Shown here: in pieces, positions 58,598-64,000 of the stretch | Layout: every line of letters starts with the position of its first letter | Position numbering within the stretch: the stretch's first letter is position 1 | Source: Pristiophorus japonicus | Taxonomy: Eukaryota | Direction of reading: 5' to 3' | Length of the DNA: 64,000 nucleotides | Assembly: GCF_044704955.1 (NCBI RefSeq) | Contig: NC_091999.1 | Location: 26,722,001 to 26,786,000 of the forward strand | Position numbers and translations under genes: made by a program | The notes under the pieces: model-generated | The model's input: only the letters and a program-made list of their open reading frames with translations | What the model was told of the DNA's origin: nothing | Database searches by the model: none

Positions 58598-61142
58598 CTG
58601 GTGTAATAAAGAGAGAGACAGTGTCGAGGATAATATAAACAGTGACAATGCCTGGCGTATTATAAAAAGAGACAGGGTGTCGTGTGACATAAACTGAGAC
58701 AGTGTCTACTGGAATATAAACAGAGACAGGGTCTAGTGTAATACAAACAAAGACAGGGTCTAGTGTAATATAAACAGGGATAGTGTCAGAAGGAATATAA
58801 ACAAAGATAGTGTCTGGTGTAATGTAAACAGAGACATGGTCTAGTGTAATATAAACAGAGACAGGGTCTAGTGTAATATAAACATAGAGAGGGTCTAATG
58901 TAGTATAAACAGAGACAGTGTCTAGTATTTTATAAAAAGAGACAAGGTCTAGTGTATTATAAACAGAGACAGCGTCTAGTGTAATATAAACAGGGATAGT
59001 GTCTGGAAGAATATAAACAGCGACTGGGTCTTGTGTGATATGAACAGAGACAGGGTCCAGTGTAATATAAATAGAGACAGGGTCTAGTTTAATATAAAGA
59101 CGGATAGTGTCAGAAAGAATATAAAAAGAGGCAGTGTCTGGTGTAATATAAACAGAGACATGGTCTAGTGTAATATAAACATAGACAGGATCTAGTGTAA
59201 TACAAACAGAGACAGGGTCTAGTGTAATATAAACAGGGATAGTGTCAGAAAGAATATAAACAGATGCAATGTCTGGTGTAATATAAACAGAGACATGGTC
59301 TAGTGTAATATAAACAGAGACAGGGTCTAGTTTAATATAAACAGAGATATAGGGTCGAGTCCAATATAAACAGGGATAGTGTTAAGAAGAATATAGACAG
59401 AGACAGTGCCTAGTGTAATATAAACAGAGACAGGGTCTAGTGTATTATAAACAGAGACAGGGTGTAGTGTAATATAAACAGGGATAGTGTCTAGTATATT
59501 ATAAAAAGAGACAAGGTCTAGTGTATTATAAACAGAGACAGCGTCTAGTGTAATATAAACAGGGATAGTGTCTGGAAGAATATAAACAGCGACAGGGTCT
59601 TGTGTGATATGAACAGAGACAGGGTCCAGTGTAATATAAATAGAGACAGGGTCTAGTTTAATATAAAGACGGATAGTGTCAGAAAGAATATAAAAAGAGG
59701 CAGTGTCTGGTGTAATATAAACAGAGACATGGTCTAGTGTAATATAAACATAGACAGGGTCTAGTGTAATACAAACAGAGACAGGGTCTAGTGTAATATA
59801 AACAGGGATAGTGTCAGAAAGAATATAAACAGAGGCAATGTCTGGTGTAATATAAACAGAGACATGGTCTAGTGTAATATAAACAGAGACAGGGTCTAGT
59901 TTAATATAAGCAGAGATATAGGGTCGAGTCCAATATAAACAGGGATAGTGTTAAGAAGAATATAGACAGAGACAGTGCCTAGTGTAATATAAACAGAGAC
60001 AGGGTCTAGTGTATTATAAACAGAGACAAGGTGTAGTGTAATATAAACAGGGATAGTGTCTGGAAGAATATAAACAAAGACAGGGTCTAGTGTAATATAA
60101 ACAGAGACAGGGTCTTGTGTAATGCAAACAGAGACAGGGTCTAGTGTAATATAAACAGGGATAGTGTCAGAAAGAATATAAACAGAGGCAGTGTCTGGTG
60201 TAATATAAACAGCGACATGGTCTAGTGTAATAAAAACAGAGACAGGGTCTTGTTTAATATAAACAGAGACTGGTTCGAGTCCAATATAAACAGGGATAGT
60301 GTTAAGAAGAATATAGACAGAGTCAGTGTCTAGTGTAATATGAAGAGAGACAGGGTCTAGTGTAAAATAAACAGAGACAGGATCCAGTTTAATATAAACA
60401 GAGACAGGGTCCAATATAATATGAACTGGAAGAGGGTCTAGTGTAATGTAAACAGAGGCAAGGTCTAGTTTAATATAAACAGAGACAGTGTCTAGTACAA
60501 AATAAACAGAGACAGGGTCTAGTGTAATATAAACAGAGACAGAGTCTAGTGTAATATAAACAGGGATAGTGTCTGGAAGAATATAAACAGAGACAGTGTC
60601 TAGTGTAATATAAACAGAGACAGGGTCTAGTTTAATATAAACAGAAACAGGGTCCAGTGTAATTTAAACAGAGACAGGGTCTAGTAGAATATAAACAGAG
60701 ACAGGGTCTAGACTAATATAAACAGAGACAGTCTCTAGTGTTATATGAACTGGGAGCGGGTCTAACGTAATGTAAACAGAGGCAGAGTCTAGTATAATAT
60801 AAACAGAGACAGGGTCTAGTACAATATAAACAGAGACAGGGTCTAGTGTAATATAAACTGGGACAGGGTCTAGTGTAATAGAAACAGAGACAGGGTCCAG
60901 TGTAATAAAAACAGAGACAGTGTCTACTGTAATATAAACAGAGACAGGGTGTAGACTAATATAACAGAGACAGTGTCTAGTGTAATATAAACTGGGACAG
61001 AGTTGAGTGTAATATAAACAGAGACAGGGTCTAGTACAATATAAGCAGAGACAGGGACACGGGTAATATAAACAGAGACAGCGTCTCGTGTAATATTAAC
61101 AGGGACAGGGTCTTAAGAGAGACAGGTTCTAGTGTAATATTA
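58598..61142. repeat. 27-bp minisatellite (~94 copies) with a ~569-bp higher-order duplication
   Basis: Unit ataaacagagacagggtctagtgtaat; the same variant series starts at 58931 and 59500. Confidence 0.97.
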
Positions 61143-61289
61143 GATAGAAGTACAGATAGATGGATAGAAGTACGAATCGACGGTCGGACGGACAGACGAA
61201 TGGACCGACCGACCGAATGACAGACAGATAGACAGTCAGACAGACATGAAGATTCGCATGGCTGGAATGTTACTATCAAATTATTCCAG

Positions 61290-62195
61290 GCATTCTATAT
61301 GTTTAAATTACTCTGGACCCTGTTTAATTATAACTACATCTGATCATCTCTCTTTTCGGATTGCACAAGGCCCTGTCTCAGTTATTACTGCACTAGTCTC
61401 GGGATCAATTTTATTTCTGTGGATACTGTCTCAGTTACACTGCACTAGACCCTGTCTCTGTTTATATTATTCTCGGCTCTGTATCAGTTATCACAGTACT
61501 GGACCCTCCGTTATATTACATTAGACCCATTCTCAGTTACTACTGAACTAGACGCTGTCTCTGTTTATATGACCGTACACCATGTTTTTGTCAATATTTC
61601 ACTAGTTCCTGTCTCTCTTTATATTACACTCGACATGTCTCAGTTTATATTGCACTAGAAAATGTCAATGTTTCTACTAAAGAGCTCATGTATTAGTTAG
61701 TATTAGAGCACGTTATTCTTTGTTATATTATGTTGGACCCTGTCACTATTTATATTATACTATCCCCTGTCTCTTTATAATAGATTGGTCCTGTCTCTGG
61801 TTATATTACACTAGACCCTGTCTCTGTTTATATTACACTCGACCCTGTCTCTGTTTATATTATACTAGACTCTGTATTTTTTACATTACACTAGACACGG
61901 TCTCTGTTTATATTACACTAGACACTGTCTCTGTTTATATTACACTAGACCCTGTATTTTTTATATTACACTAGACATTGTCTCTGTTTATATTACACTA
62001 GAGCCTTTATTTTCTATATTACACTAGACACTGTCTCTGTTTATATTACACTAGGCCCTGTCTCTGTTTATATTACACTAGACGCTGTGTCTTTTTATTT
62101 TACACTGGTCCCTGTCATTGTAGATATTACACTATATCATCTCTCTGTCTATGTTACACTTGGACGTGTCTCGGTTATTACTGCACTAGACCCTG
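61290..62195. repeat. Same 27-bp minisatellite in inverted orientation
   Basis: Unit attacactagaccctgtctctgtttat. Confidence 0.92.
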
Positions 62196-62427
62196 GGGTA
62201 TAGATGTGTCTATATAGGTTAAATCGAGCAATCCATTTGGCTGAGGGTCAGACGTCGCACTGATGTAGCTATGGCGACCAAATCACGTTGATGACGTTGC
62301 TTTGTTGTAAACAATTACGTCACCCATTGTTTACGTGTTGCTGACGTGATGATGTCAAACAGGTAAACACGAAATGCAATATACAGGAAGTTGCACTGAC
62401 AAAATCAATTTTCTGCGATAGTGATGT

Positions 62428-62915
62428 CACACTGTGCCATCAAACATTCCCAGGGCAGGTACAGCGCGGGCCTATGCAAAGAAAAGCTCCGTCGATGCTG
62501 TCCCATCAAACACTCCCAGCTCAGGTACAGCACGAGTCGAAAAACAATAAAGCTCCCTCTACACCGTCACATCAAACACTCCCAGGGCAGGTACAGCACG
62601 GTTTAGATAGAGAGTAAATCTTGCTCTACACCGTCCCATCAAACTCTCCCAGGGCAGGTACAGCTCTGGTCTATGCAGAGTAAAGCTCCCTCCACACTGT
62701 CCCAGCAAAGACTCCCAGGGCAGGTACAGCACGGGTAAGCTATGGAGTAAAGCACCCTCTACACCGTCCCATCAAACTCTTCCAGAGCAGGTACATCACT
62801 CGTCTATGCAGAGCAAAGCTCCATCGAAACAGTCCCATTAAACACTCACAGGGCAGGTACAGCACGGAGTTAGATGCAGAGTAAAGTTCCCGCTACAGAG
62901 TCACATCAAACACCC
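62428..62915. repeat. 67-bp satellite, ~7 copies, opposite orientation to 6310-7545
   Basis: ccatcaaacactcccagggcaggtacagcacgg...agagtaaagctccctctacac units. Confidence 0.92.
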
Positions 62916-63749
62916 AAGATCATTGAGTTCACACGACATATTTTATTATAAAGCTGCCTCTCCGCACACCCACCAATTTGGTTTGAGGCCTGGAAATAGA
63001 CCTTAGAGAACATTTTTGTTAGACATTGACTTCTTATTGTGAGGTAAAAATAATGACGCATTCTTTAGAGGCAAGTCAAAAGGTGGGGATAGTAGAGAGA
63101 GGCAGAGAGGGAGGGGATACAGAGAATTGCCACGAATACATTTGAGCTGTTACTATATACGGTGACTAGAATCTTGCCCCATTCTGGCCGCAGATAACAT
63201 CGTTGATTTGTTCACCAATAACTGAAAAAAATATCACAAACATCAATTGTTGCTGGAATCCGTTGAGACATTAGCGTTTCTTTATCTGTTTATTTCTATT
63301 CTGTCGTTCACTATTCTAATCTGGGTCTTCTATTTCTGCGTTTATTTACATAAACACCTCACAGGTTTCCATGAAGTGTTCATGGCAGCAAAAGCAGATC
63401 CACAAAGTCATTTATTGATTAGTTTTAACTCACAGCACGGGTTTATTTTATGAATATTGGTAGTTGGTACAAAGAAATGGAAATATCTCCAGCTGTGACA
63501 TCGGTTTTTGGTTTGTTCAATTAGAAGAGATGTGATTTATATCAAAGGGAACATATTAAAATTAATAATTCAATTCTGAAAATTCTGCTACCAATGTCAA
63601 TGGAACCTCGCTGAACAGATCAGTAATTCACTGAATGTCCATTTAGCTTAAGAATCCAGCCACTTAAACTAAACAAGTTAAAACAGCGACCAGAGGAGTC
63701 ACCCATTGCAACGTGTATTTTAAATGTTGACGTTTAGAAATAACTTTCA

Positions 63750-64000
63750 CGACTTTCACGTCCTCAGAATGTCCAAAAGTGCTTTATAATGAAGTATGTT
63801 TGAAGTGTAGTCACTTTTATAATGTAGGAAACATGGAGTCAAATTGCACACAGCAAGCTCCCACAAACATAATGTGATAATAACCACAGAATCTGTGCTT
63901 TAGCGATGCTGGTTAATGGATAAATATGTGTAATGGACTTCGGGGTGAACTCCCCTGCTATTTAAAATAGTGCCATTCAATCTCTTACATCCAACTGTGA
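63750..64000 (-). mobile_element. Deu-domain SINE fragment
   Basis: Reverse complement of the 45770-46200 tail (gcacacagcaagctcccacaaaca; gaactcccctgc; agtgccat...cttacatcca). Confidence 0.75.

Noticed and set aside
59896-60414. 172-aa DPVSVYITL-repeat ORF
   Set aside because: Translation of the 27-bp minisatellite

Overview
Vertebrate genomic DNA, almost certainly from a cartilaginous fish (shark-type IgM cluster, Deu-domain SINEs, shark-type CR1s and satellites). Main contents: (1) A minus-strand IgM heavy-chain cluster pseudogene (leader, V, J, Cmu1-Cmu4, secretory tail; ~54.9 kb to ~30.1 kb). It appears partly pre-rearranged in the germline as VD-DJ: V carries an extra D-like segment plus a 22-bp RSS, J carries a 12-bp RSS, and no free D lies between them. 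(2) Its secretory tailpiece is split by a 9.25-kb nested insertion: a CR1 LINE hit twice at the same nucleotide by a Tx1-clade retrotransposon (one full-length copy with an ~18-20-bp target-site duplication plus one 3'-end stub). This suggests a Tx1 family that targets CR1 sequence-specifically. (3) An apparently intact two-exon GPR139/142-like GPCR. (4) A decayed tRNA-Ser-primed endogenous retrovirus abutting the gag of a second, tRNA-Arg-primed ERV. (5) Many CR1 fragments (one with a single stop codon), Deu-type SINEs, a tRNA pseudogene, many minisatellites and one assembly gap. All calls come from manual reading and recalled family motifs; no database search was run.
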